A program made the translations under genes and the position numbers. A stretch of 64,000 nt of DNA from a virus: positions 1 through 64,000 of IMG/VR virus record IMGVR_UViG_3300035034_000924; one strand, written 5' to 3'. The notes beneath the pieces were generated by a model. That model worked only from the letters and a program-made list of their open reading frames with translations, made no database searches and was not told the origin of the DNA. Below, piece after piece: positions 38,320 through 46,559 of this stretch; the stretch's first letter is position 1, and each line of letters opens with the position of its first letter.

Positions 38320-38888
38320 TGGAGATTAACTTAGGCACCCTCTTTAAACAGATTGGACCCGTCGCTGCGGTACTACTGGGCATGCTGTTCATGTACTTTA
38401 ACCCGACGCAAGAAAGCCAGTTCAATGAAAATCTGATAAGCAGGCTGAGCAACGCAGAGAATAAAGCGGATCAATGCTTGAACGAAAGCATAGTAATAAA
38501 AAACCAGCTGAAGGATATGCAGTTCCGGTTCACTATCATGCGCGGGTCACAGGAATCACTACCATGGCCTAGCTGGATGAAAGACGGCAGCGGTAAGGTC
38601 CTGTTTGCTAACAGCGCCTACGAAAAAACTTACTTAAAACCTTTGGGGTACGAGTTAAGTGACTACGTAGGATTCAGGGACGAAGCTGTGTTTTCCGATA
38701 TTACTGCACAGTCGTTCAGGGCCAACGACCTGCTAGTGTTCGAGTCAGGGATTATCATTGAGGTCACTGAAATGGTGGACTCTCCGGGGGGAGAAGCCCA
38801 GCCAGTACAGGTCTACAAGTACCCCATTAAGGTAAGAGACGTGGTTGTAGCAGTAGGCGGGATGACCATACCAGCGAAGGTTCTATAG
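38319..38888 (+). CDS. membrane-anchored PAS-domain protein
   Basis: TM, coiled coil, then SLP.P.W.KD.SG..LFAN.AYE...G..D..VF....A..FRAND..V...K.P. Confidence 0.8.
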   Translation: MEINLGTLFKQIGPVAAVLLGMLFMYFNPTQESQFNENLISRLSNAENKADQCLNESIVIKNQLKDMQFRFTIMRGSQESLPWPSWMKDGSGKVLFANSAYEKTYLKPLGYELSDYVGFRDEAVFSDITAQSFRANDLLVFESGIIIEVTEMVDSPGGEAQPVQVYKYPIKVRDVVVAVGGMTIPAKVL

Positions 38889-38890
38889 TT

Positions 38891-39208
38891 ATGATGGGAA
38901 TGTGGCCAGTTGAGCAAGCGATTTGGGTAATTGCAAACGTTTGCATAGGTGTATCGTACACTTTGGTGTTGGCCCACTACAGCATCCACACTGTACCTAT
39001 CTTACTAAACCAAGGTTTCGTATATTTTTGCGGGATGGGACACTTCGGTATGGTCATATGGATGGCGCTACTACCACATAACTACCTCGTGTTTCTGACG
39101 GTTTGTATCTTGGACAGTATGACTGCATTAGTCAGTGTAGCTTCTGCGTGGTACGCTTGGCGAAGACGAGAACGAAAAGGGGAAGCCAATGCTGTGCATA
39201 GAAATTAA
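38891..39208 (+). CDS. 3-TM protein resembling the ETR1 ethylene-binding domain
   Basis: N..IG.SY, F..FCG.GH and TALVS.ASA match ETR1 D..IAIAY, FIVLCGATH and TAVVSCATA. Confidence 0.6.
   Translation: MMGMWPVEQAIWVIANVCIGVSYTLVLAHYSIHTVPILLNQGFVYFCGMGHFGMVIWMALLPHNYLVFLTVCILDSMTALVSVASAWYAWRRRERKGEANAVHRN
38932..38945. repeat. dispersed palindrome, exact
   Basis: TGCAAACGTTTGCA. Confidence 0.9.
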
Positions 39209-39590
39209 ATCGAAACGTAAGATCTTTGGTAACAACGGTATTGCATGGCTTTGGCCTTTCATATTCGTCTGGGGGAGTCACCCGCAATACATTCGGGTAA
39301 GAGAGAACGAGACGGGCCACAACCTTCAAGCACCAGAGACGTGGGTAATAGGGTTCCCGTTCGCGGCATACGCAACCTATGTGCTGGATTACCCCATATG
39401 GTGGATGTTTTTGTTGACCTACTGCTCGTTTGCTATAATCTACGGGATCATGTCTTTAGTGGCTAAACTGCAGGGCGGGGACAGCTACATAGATAACGTA
39501 ATGGAACAGGATTCTAGGCAGTGGGACGATGGCAACCTAGGCAGACGTCCTAGGTTCTACTGGCTCAAACTTTTATTTAGAGGAAAATAG
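39189..39590 (+). CDS. membrane protein with a degenerate zincin-like motif
   Basis: L.PFIFV...NETGH..Q...N.ME; HExxH reads NETGH. Confidence 0.5.
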   Translation: MLCIEIKSKRKIFGNNGIAWLWPFIFVWGSHPQYIRVRENETGHNLQAPETWVIGFPFAAYATYVLDYPIWWMFLLTYCSFAIIYGIMSLVAKLQGGDSYIDNVMEQDSRQWDDGNLGRRPRFYWLKLLFRGK

Positions 39591-39591
39591 C

Positions 39592-39930
39592 ATGGACAAC
39601 TATCCTAAACTCAAGCAAGCGGGTAACGCGACACTGAGTAAAGTACCGGAAAGTAAGCGCCTCCGTAGCGGGGAAGTACGTGACCCTGAGACAAAAGAGA
39701 TACTACAAAAAGCGGAGTACGATATTATACCTGCCCGAGTGGTACTCTCAGTCCCTGCTATCGCAGACGACGGCTCTGTCACTACCAAAGAGCATCCTGT
39801 TGACGAAGGTAGGCTTCGTGCTGAACTAACAAGGATTGCTTCCCAGATCGAAGCTTTAAACGCCCAGAAGGCATCCCACGAACTAATGCTGGCCGACATC
39901 GCTGCCTTAGAAGAAGAACAACCAGAGTAA
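39592..39930 (+). CDS. hypothetical protein
   Basis: GAGG RBS; C-terminal coiled coil. Confidence 0.65.
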   Translation: MDNYPKLKQAGNATLSKVPESKRLRSGEVRDPETKEILQKAEYDIIPARVVLSVPAIADDGSVTTKEHPVDEGRLRAELTRIASQIEALNAQKASHELMLADIAALEEEQPE

Positions 39931-39958
39931 TACAACCACGGTGTACTAGGAGAAATAC

Positions 39959-40342
39959 ATGAAACGAGTGATGTTAAAGAAGTTCCCTTCAGGGAGAGAG
40001 AACGATGACTACAAAGCCCTGATGATAAGCATACTGCAATTCCCTAAAAACGGGGAAAAGACAGACGTTGCTGAGATGCGGAAGGTCATACCTATTATCG
40101 ACAAGTTCGAGGCTATTAAATCAGTACCTATCCAAGGTACGAAGATCGACCTTGAAGATGCCGAGTGGGAAGAACTCAAAGAGCGGGTAAAACCGGACTG
40201 CAAGTTCCCTTTCCCTAACAACAACAGGGAGCTGCTGAAGTTCATCGAGGCAATCGAAGACGCTGAAGAACTCGAAGTCAAGAAGACCGAAGTGAAAGGC
40301 GCAGCCAGAAGCAAGCGACCAAAGCCCGAACCCAAGAAGTAG
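39959..40342 (+). CDS. hypothetical protein
   Basis: AGGAG RBS. Confidence 0.7.
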   Translation: MKRVMLKKFPSGRENDDYKALMISILQFPKNGEKTDVAEMRKVIPIIDKFEAIKSVPIQGTKIDLEDAEWEELKERVKPDCKFPFPNNNRELLKFIEAIEDAEELEVKKTEVKGAARSKRPKPEPKK

Positions 40343-40493
40343 CCTGTTCGAACTTACCTTGCCCTTCCCTCTGCGGTTAGGTAAGATGGGAGCTGTTCAG
40401 TTGGTAGCTGGACTCTTTCATGCGAAGCGAACCCAAGTCCTGTCCTTTACGCCAACCAAGGGGCGGGGCTTGGCAAGCTACTAGGAGGCGACA

Positions 40494-40955
40494 GTGGATA
40501 TCACGTACTCGATGTATCGTTACAACTCAGGCGATGATTCGACCCTAGGTTTTCTTACTCTCTACAGACAGCTGCTTTGCTATACTTGTGAAGACGAGTA
40601 TCGAGAGCACAAGGTCATGCACGAAACCCGCATCCCTGCGGGCAGATACGAAATCAAGCTAAGGCCTGCCGGAGGTATACACCCCCGATACGCCAAAAAA
40701 TTCCCAGATATTCATAAAGGCATGTTGTGGCTACAAGACGTGCCAAACTTCACATGGGTTTATATCCATGTAGGTAACACGGACGATCATTCGTCTGGTT
40801 GCATTCTACTAGGTGCCAGCCCTGTTCCCGACAAAAAGGATGGCGGCGGGTCAGTAGCCAACTCAGTAGATGCGTACGAAAAGGTGTACCCCATGATGGC
40901 CGATGCGATAGAGAATGGTGATCGCGTATACATCGAGATAGTGGATGTTGCATGA
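40494..40955 (+). CDS. DUF5675-family putative endolysin
   Basis: ST.G.L, CYT.ED, ETRIPAG.Y, DVP.F..I.IH.GN...S.GCILLG; heads the holin-spanin cassette. Confidence 0.75.
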   Translation: MDITYSMYRYNSGDDSTLGFLTLYRQLLCYTCEDEYREHKVMHETRIPAGRYEIKLRPAGGIHPRYAKKFPDIHKGMLWLQDVPNFTWVYIHVGNTDDHSSGCILLGASPVPDKKDGGGSVANSVDAYEKVYPMMADAIENGDRVYIEIVDVA

Positions 40956-40965
40956 TGGAGTACGT

Positions 40966-41247
40966 ATGGCTGACGATGGGTATAACGACGGGGTCATTGA
41001 CCTAAAAGACGTGGAAAGAATAGGGACTAAAGTATCTAACTTCATGGTAGAGCACAGGGTACTCCCTAGGCTCTTTGTCTGCGTATTCGGGGCCATATTC
41101 ATAGACATGAATTTTTGGCTGCAAGAGATGGTGGAAACAAGCAAGCTAGAAGGCGGTTACTTTGTCGAGGTTTACGTAGGAGCCATGGTAGGTGGTTTTG
41201 TAGCCATGGTAACCGGATACGCCAATAGCGGCGAGAGGAAGGAATAG
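40966..41247 (+). CDS. putative holin
   Basis: Two TM segments; between endolysin and spanins; start re-assigned to ATG 40966 (GGAG RBS). Confidence 0.55.
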   Translation: MADDGYNDGVIDLKDVERIGTKVSNFMVEHRVLPRLFVCVFGAIFIDMNFWLQEMVETSKLEGGYFVEVYVGAMVGGFVAMVTGYANSGERKE

Positions 41248-41248
41248 C

Positions 41249-41695
41249 ATGGTACGCATTTTAGCAGGAATTTCTGTCACTCTACTTTTGTGTTCACTGG
41301 CTCTAGCCACGGTACTCAATCGCAGCATAGAACGGGCCGCAGATGTAGAAGGTAAGCTCGAAGTCGCGGAGGCTATTAGTAAAGAAAATAAGCGTACTAT
41401 GAACATGATGCAAAGTGCCCGGATCGACGCAATCCAGTTACTAAAAGAGACCGAGCATAGGAACGAGAACATTCGCCAGATATCGGAAACGAGATTGCTG
41501 GAGATACAAAAGCTAAGGGAGACCGAAGACCGTGAAGCACGTAAACTACCTTTTGCGCGTGGCAACGCTAGCCATGATCGTATTGTTGAGTACCTCATGC
41601 GCTTCGAGGGAAGTGCAGATGGATATCCACTTCATACCAGTGATGCCGGAGCCAGTAATACTGGAACGCCCAACCCCACCCAAGGTGGCGAGTAG
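41249..41695 (+). CDS. i-spanin (Rz-like)
   Basis: N-terminal TM plus coiled coil; overlaps the following lipoprotein gene. Confidence 0.7.
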   Translation: MVRILAGISVTLLLCSLALATVLNRSIERAADVEGKLEVAEAISKENKRTMNMMQSARIDAIQLLKETEHRNENIRQISETRLLEIQKLRETEDREARKLPFARGNASHDRIVEYLMRFEGSADGYPLHTSDAGASNTGTPNPTQGGE

Positions 41696-42047
41696 CTACC
41701 CCGCCCCGATAGGCATCACCAGCACAGAGGTCCGATACTACCTCGACGTCTGTGATCGCTACAACGACCCGCAGGAAGATCCTGAGTCCATACTAGAAGA
41801 AACCCAGCTGGCGTATTACGATGCATGCGATTGGCTTATATACGGCCATCCGGTACAGCAGAGGCTGACTATCGAAACCATACTCAGCAAGATGGCTGAC
41901 TACAGCGAACGTATGCGGGCTCACGTAGACCACCTAGAAAAGGTTATACGCATCCAATACGAGAACAGCCTAGAGACACGCAAAGCTGTTGAAGGAGCGG
42001 AAATGTCTAAAACTGAAGAAAATAGAAAGTTCTTAGGTTTGTTCTAG
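41532..42047 (+). CDS. o-spanin (Rz1-like lipoprotein)
   Basis: Signal peptide with lipobox-like LLSTSC, then a Pro-rich segment; starts inside the Rz-like gene. Confidence 0.65.
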   Translation: MKHVNYLLRVATLAMIVLLSTSCASREVQMDIHFIPVMPEPVILERPTPPKVASSYPAPIGITSTEVRYYLDVCDRYNDPQEDPESILEETQLAYYDACDWLIYGHPVQQRLTIETILSKMADYSERMRAHVDHLEKVIRIQYENSLETRKAVEGAEMSKTEENRKFLGLF

Positions 42048-42123
42048 TCGCATAAATTCAGTTATTTGTGTAGAAATTCTGTAGCGAGTATGGTTAACCC
42101 CATGCTCGTTTTGCGTTATGGAC

Positions 42124-42139
42124 TTGCAAAAGTTTGCAA
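42124..42139. repeat. dispersed palindrome, 1 mismatch, intergenic
   Basis: TTGCAAAAGTTTGCAA. Confidence 0.85.
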
Positions 42140-42169
42140 AACTAGGGGGTGGCATGGGCGTCACCCTAT

Positions 42170-42192
42170 AGTAGGTCACTAAACAACCCACT
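42170..42192 (+). repeat. 23-bp direct repeat, copy 1 (iteron-like)
   Basis: AGTAGGTCACTAAACAACCCACT, identical to 53380-53402. Confidence 0.9.
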
Positions 42193-42260
42193 AACGGAGG
42201 TCTAGCTCTGTCAAGCTTATTTTATTAGAAAGCTGAAAAGGGTAACGTCTCTGGTAAAGG

Positions 42261-42289
42261 TTGCAATGAAAGTTTTACAAGCATATAGT
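42261..42289 (+). promoter_or_regulatory. sigma70-like promoter
   Basis: TTGCAA-17 nt-TATAGT. Confidence 0.65.
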
Positions 42290-42330
42290 TGCCTTCCCAT
42301 GTCGGGAAATGCTTAAGGAGAAATAAACGC

Positions 42331-44100
42331 ATGCTAAAGAATTTAATAACAGACGCCGATTCGGAGCGCAGCTTTCGCACACGGTTGCTCAACACTCTGG
42401 CCTCAGGGGCGGGGCTTATACACGTACGTAGCTCGGAGGTAATGAGAACGTTGGCCAGTATCCGCCGTAACATTATCTTAGAGGGGCACGAATACAACGA
42501 GTGGGATATCTGCAACGGCACTTGCCCTTACAGCACGGAAGACCTTCACACTCTTAATAAGGATGGAGACAAGAATCCGCAGATACCAGTTCTGCTCGAC
42601 ACCATTTGGGCTAAACACATTTGGTGGATCAAAGAAGCCAGTGACAGCCAGCGCGACTCGTACTATGTATACGTAATCACGCAAGCCGCCAGCATGGTCA
42701 ACAACAACCCTTATGCTACGCAGCGTTTTCTGGAGCTAAACAACGGGCTGCCAGAATCTACGGTCAGGGTAATAATGTTGACGGAAGACATCCCGTTGCC
42801 TGAGAGTTGCGCCAGTAACTTCATTACACTCGACTTCGACAGACCCGGCCATGGAGAGCTTCTGCATCGGTTAGAAACCAACCTGCATGATTACGCTACG
42901 CCGGAATCGTTAGATGTAGAAGAAGAAGACTACGAGCGAATCGCAGTAGCTGCCTCTGGTATGACGATTGGCGAATTCGACTTCGCGGTATCCAGCGCCA
43001 TCGTTAACAAGTTGTACGAAGAGTCTGAAGGCGATGAAAGCCCAGTGGTTACTACTAAGGATCTTATTGAAGGCGTTCATATGGGTAAGACCGAGGCCAT
43101 CAAAAAGAACGACATCCTAGAGCTGCTACACGTCGGGGAGATGAACGAGGTCGGCGGTATGCACAACGCGAAGAAATGGGTGGAGATGCGTTCGTACACC
43201 TACACTCCTGAGTTCTTGAAGTTCGGCGGGCAACCACCAAAAGGTATGGTATCGGTCGGTGTCCCCGGCACAGGTAAATCTTTGCTGGCTAAAGCCGTCG
43301 CAAGCGAGTTCGGTATCCCCTGCGTACGTATGGACTTCGGCTCAATCTTCAATGCCTTGATCGGTTCATCCGAAGAGCGGATACGCAAAGCTTTGAAGTT
43401 AACGGAAGCAATGTCTCCCTGCGTTTTGTTCGTAGACGAAATTGACAAGGCCTTGGGTGGCCTAGGCGGGTCAGGAGACTCCGGTACATCTATGCGGGTA
43501 TTCGGGACCTTCTTGACATGGTTACAGGAACACAAGTCTCCGGTGTTCACTATCGTTACTGCCAACAATGTAACGGGCCTTCCCCCTGAGCTATTACGGC
43601 GCGGTCGCTTCGATGCGATCTTTGCCACCGTTTTACCAAACCAGTACGAGCGCGAAGATGTGCTAGCCATCCACCTGCAAAAGCGGGGTCATAGCATCGA
43701 AGACTTCAGCGATTATGAAATTGCCGTGTTCCTTAAGCAGACCGATAAGTTCGTCCCTGCGGAAATCGAAGCGATTGTTCAGGATGGTCTCGTACTGGCC
43801 TTTAACCGAGCGGTAGCCGATGAGCAGGAACCCGAGCTGCTTATGGATGACCTACTCGAAGCCATCGCTGCAGTAGTACCGCTGTCCAAGTCACATAAGA
43901 GCGCTATTCAAGCCATGGTCACATGGGCAGAGGATAATGCTATGCCCGCTTCCCTTAGTGAGAAACAGTACGAAGAGCTGAGGGGCGCTCCTAAGGGCAC
44001 TAAACCTAGGGGACAGGCAAAGGCCCGCCCCCGTCGCAAAACCACCCGTACGAGCAATATAACGAGCATCAAGCGGACACGTAAAAAGGAAGAGGAGTAG
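42331..44100 (+). CDS. Ycf46-like AAA+ ATPase
   Basis: VGG....K.W, PKG....GVPGTGKSL.AKA, G.SE, PCVLFVDEIDK, TAN....LPPELLR.GRFD; start re-assigned to ATG 42331 (AAGGAG RBS). Confidence 0.9.
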   Translation: MLKNLITDADSERSFRTRLLNTLASGAGLIHVRSSEVMRTLASIRRNIILEGHEYNEWDICNGTCPYSTEDLHTLNKDGDKNPQIPVLLDTIWAKHIWWIKEASDSQRDSYYVYVITQAASMVNNNPYATQRFLELNNGLPESTVRVIMLTEDIPLPESCASNFITLDFDRPGHGELLHRLETNLHDYATPESLDVEEEDYERIAVAASGMTIGEFDFAVSSAIVNKLYEESEGDESPVVTTKDLIEGVHMGKTEAIKKNDILELLHVGEMNEVGGMHNAKKWVEMRSYTYTPEFLKFGGQPPKGMVSVGVPGTGKSLLAKAVASEFGIPCVRMDFGSIFNALIGSSEERIRKALKLTEAMSPCVLFVDEIDKALGGLGGSGDSGTSMRVFGTFLTWLQEHKSPVFTIVTANNVTGLPPELLRRGRFDAIFATVLPNQYEREDVLAIHLQKRGHSIEDFSDYEIAVFLKQTDKFVPAEIEAIVQDGLVLAFNRAVADEQEPELLMDDLLEAIAAVVPLSKSHKSAIQAMVTWAEDNAMPASLSEKQYEELRGAPKGTKPRGQAKARPRRKTTRTSNITSIKRTRKKEEE

Positions 44101-44104
44101 GACC

Positions 44105-44818
44105 TTGTCTAGCGCACCAGTATCACTAATGTACGGCTCTCAGGCGTTCCCTACGTCGTCGGCCCGAGCGGTCTGCAATATGATAGACGTAGCCGCAAGT
44201 TCGGCTAAGCAGAGGATGGTAGCTCGAAGTGCCGTCAAAGCGCTTAACAGGGAGGTGGAGATTACTTCTCTGCCTTCCACGTACAGGGTAGGCGGGCAGG
44301 ACAAAGCCATGATAGGGCGCTCTGATAAAATACTAGCGGAAGCCAACGGCACGACGGATAAGTTCGGTTTCTGGAACTATGAGGTCGGCGGGCTACCGAA
44401 CGGGACAATACTATCTTTCACGGTGTACTCGAATAACACTGTAACTAACACCGCTCTGTTAGTAGCAGAAGGTGCGCCCGAGATCAGACTATTGACAGAC
44501 TTCCCCTACGAACCCATGCAAGTATCGTCATGCCTGCAGTTGTTCGCGGGTAACGCATGGCCATTGTCGTTGTCGGATATAGGGGAGTATGTGCCTTTTC
44601 TCAGCGCCAATTATGTGATGGACTACAGCGATCTATTTGTGTGGCACTCGACAGGCGAGTTCCCAGAATCAGCTATCCTCTACCTAGAATTCGAAGACGG
44701 TGCAGACCTTGTACCGGATGTCGATATTGCGGTAGTGTCGGAAGAAGCTGCTCCGGTAGTTGTGCCGAGGGGCAGACGTAACAAGCGCCAAATACGGGTG
44801 CCAAGAAAAGGTAGATAG
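44105..44818 (+). CDS. hypothetical protein
   Basis: 237-aa ORF; Arg-rich tail. Confidence 0.65.
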   Translation: MSSAPVSLMYGSQAFPTSSARAVCNMIDVAASSAKQRMVARSAVKALNREVEITSLPSTYRVGGQDKAMIGRSDKILAEANGTTDKFGFWNYEVGGLPNGTILSFTVYSNNTVTNTALLVAEGAPEIRLLTDFPYEPMQVSSCLQLFAGNAWPLSLSDIGEYVPFLSANYVMDYSDLFVWHSTGEFPESAILYLEFEDGADLVPDVDIAVVSEEAAPVVVPRGRRNKRQIRVPRKGR

Positions 44819-44829
44819 TCTGGCAAGAG

Positions 44830-44858
44830 TTGCGCCAGAAAGTCTATAAAGGTAATAT
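44830..44858 (+). promoter_or_regulatory. sigma70-like promoter
   Basis: TTGCGC-17 nt-TAATAT. Confidence 0.6.
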
Positions 44859-44905
44859 AGTTTTGTCCTTAGGGATTGTCATAAACGTTAACAGGAGAAG
44901 TACCT

Positions 44906-45388
44906 ATGAGCCACACTAGCTCTATTTCAGCAATCAAGATTGTTGATATCAATGCCCTTAAGCAGGCTGTCCAAGACCTTAATGGTATGGGCATCACGGT
45001 AACTCTGGTAGAAAACAAAAAGCCAGTAGCTTACTCGCACGACCAGCCCGGTATGTCGGAAGTTGCGCCGTATTGTCTGGAAATCAAAGAGGCCACGTAC
45101 GACGTCGGCATCTACGACATTGGCGCAGGTCAGTTTGAAGCCCGCACCGATTTCTATAACGGCTCGGTTGCTGCAGCGCTGGGCGCGGATCGAAACGCTA
45201 TGAACGCTATCGACCGCAGCACGGCGGAAGGCAAGGCTGAGATGGAATACGCGCAGCTGGGTAAGCTTTACCAGCGGTACTCTATCAACGCTACCAAGAA
45301 TCAGGCCGCACGACAGGGTGGGAACATCCAAGAAATTGTCCAAGCGGATGGTTCGGTTCAGTTGGTAATCACGGGGATGGCTGCGTAA
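44906..45388 (+). CDS. DUF1257 (Ycf35-like) protein
   Basis: MSH.S.I...I.D..AL..A..DL.G, YDVG, D.Y, L.QRY, G......DG..QL; AGGAG RBS. Confidence 0.75.
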   Translation: MSHTSSISAIKIVDINALKQAVQDLNGMGITVTLVENKKPVAYSHDQPGMSEVAPYCLEIKEATYDVGIYDIGAGQFEARTDFYNGSVAAALGADRNAMNAIDRSTAEGKAEMEYAQLGKLYQRYSINATKNQAARQGGNIQEIVQADGSVQLVITGMAA

Positions 45389-45405
45389 GCGTCCCCTAAA
45401 TTCAT

Positions 45406-45419
45406 TGCAAACGTTTGCA
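45406..45419. repeat. dispersed palindrome, exact, abutting the DUF2997 RBS
   Basis: TGCAAACGTTTGCA. Confidence 0.9.
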
Positions 45420-45429
45420 GGAGAAAGTA

Positions 45430-45648
45430 ATGGAAAACAGAATGACAGATGACCAATCAGTGGTTGTCGTTTGTCACCCAACGGGTAGGGTATCGGTCGA
45501 GGCCAATGGCTTCCAAGGCGTAGGTTGCACAGAAGCAACTGAGCAGATTGAGATTGTTCTGGGTAGCAAAACAAAGCGGGAGCCAAAGCCTGAGTACTAT
45601 CAGTCGCCAGCGGCCAATATCGCAAACTCGGTAAAACAGGACTTCTAA
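45430..45648 (+). CDS. DUF2997 protein
   Basis: G.V.VE..GF.G..C.EAT..IE..LG.......KPEYY; start re-assigned to ATG 45430. Confidence 0.8.
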   Translation: MENRMTDDQSVVVVCHPTGRVSVEANGFQGVGCTEATEQIEIVLGSKTKREPKPEYYQSPAANIANSVKQDF

Positions 45649-45688
45649 CGAGGTCCTTTACCACCAATCGCATAAGGAGTTCACTGCC

Positions 45689-46045
45689 ATGAACCAGCCA
45701 AAGCAAAAAGAGATAGTAGTCAGTTTCGAGCCTACAGGGCACGTACACGGACTGCACCACGATTCCTTCGACCTAGGCTTCCTAGGTAACAAAAAGATTG
45801 CACGGGCTTCAACAATCGAGTTTGACGAAGAGCAGCAATCTTTCTACGTACTGGTAGACGGCGAGGACTCACCGCCTGCCGTAGCGACAGGGTTTAGCGG
45901 GTACGACGTAGCCCGTGACTTTGAGGTCCGTTGGCTACAGGAATGTATGCTTGCGCGGGTACATCCTCATTCGACAAAGGGTCTGGAACTTGCCAAGAAT
46001 ACTCGGTCAGAGCATTTCTCGGATGAACCGGATCTAACGTTTTAA
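45689..46045 (+). CDS. hypothetical protein of the DUF2997/DUF1257 cluster
   Basis: DL..LG...I.RAS.IEF...FEV.WL; AAGGAG RBS. Confidence 0.7.
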   Translation: MNQPKQKEIVVSFEPTGHVHGLHHDSFDLGFLGNKKIARASTIEFDEEQQSFYVLVDGEDSPPAVATGFSGYDVARDFEVRWLQECMLARVHPHSTKGLELAKNTRSEHFSDEPDLTF

Positions 46046-46052
46046 GGCGTTC

Positions 46053-46559
46053 ATGGCAGAGGTGCGGGCGGGGGTAGCTCCCCGTCCAATCCTATTACCA
46101 CCATCCAATAACTACACTAAGGAACGGTGCATAGCCATGGCGGCAGAGAACCAATCAATAGCCCGCCTATACTTTCCCGTACTCAGGACAATAGTAAGGC
46201 ACTGGGTAGGACGGGTTACACCAACAGAACACCAGATACTGCTTTTCATTAACGAGAGGACACTGCGCTATGGCAAGGCAGCAGAGTACATTCGCCTATC
46301 CCATATGACCGAAGGCATTGTCGGATCGAACGATCAAGTAATCGTGTCAAAGCTGGGTTTCAAACGATCAGCTATTAAGAAAGCGGTAGTAGATCTAGAC
46401 AGGAACAACCTAATCAACACCTACTACGAAGGCAGGGGGCACTGGCAAGGTGTCAAAATGTCGTTGAATGTAGAGCTGCTTCTGAGCGTAGCGAACGACG
46501 TAGATGTCCATGTAGGCGCGAGAAGAAGGGTACGTACTAGGACAAAAAGCGAGGATTAG
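46053..46559 (+). CDS. replication initiator N-terminal (lambda O-like HTH) protein; start may be ATG 46137
   Basis: E..IL.FI..RT..YGK....I..S.......LG.....IK.A...L....LI. Confidence 0.55.
   Translation: MAEVRAGVAPRPILLPPSNNYTKERCIAMAAENQSIARLYFPVLRTIVRHWVGRVTPTEHQILLFINERTLRYGKAAEYIRLSHMTEGIVGSNDQVIVSKLGFKRSAIKKAVVDLDRNNLINTYYEGRGHWQGVKMSLNVELLLSVANDVDVHVGARRRVRTRTKSED

Noticed and set aside
40343-40493. tRNA in the pre-lysis intergenic region
   Set aside because: No cloverleaf with a correctly placed T-loop and acceptor stem could be built; kept only as a structured leader.
44927-45760. 277-aa minus-strand ORF and other antisense ORFs in the window
   Set aside because: They overlap well-supported + strand genes and show no recognisable motifs.
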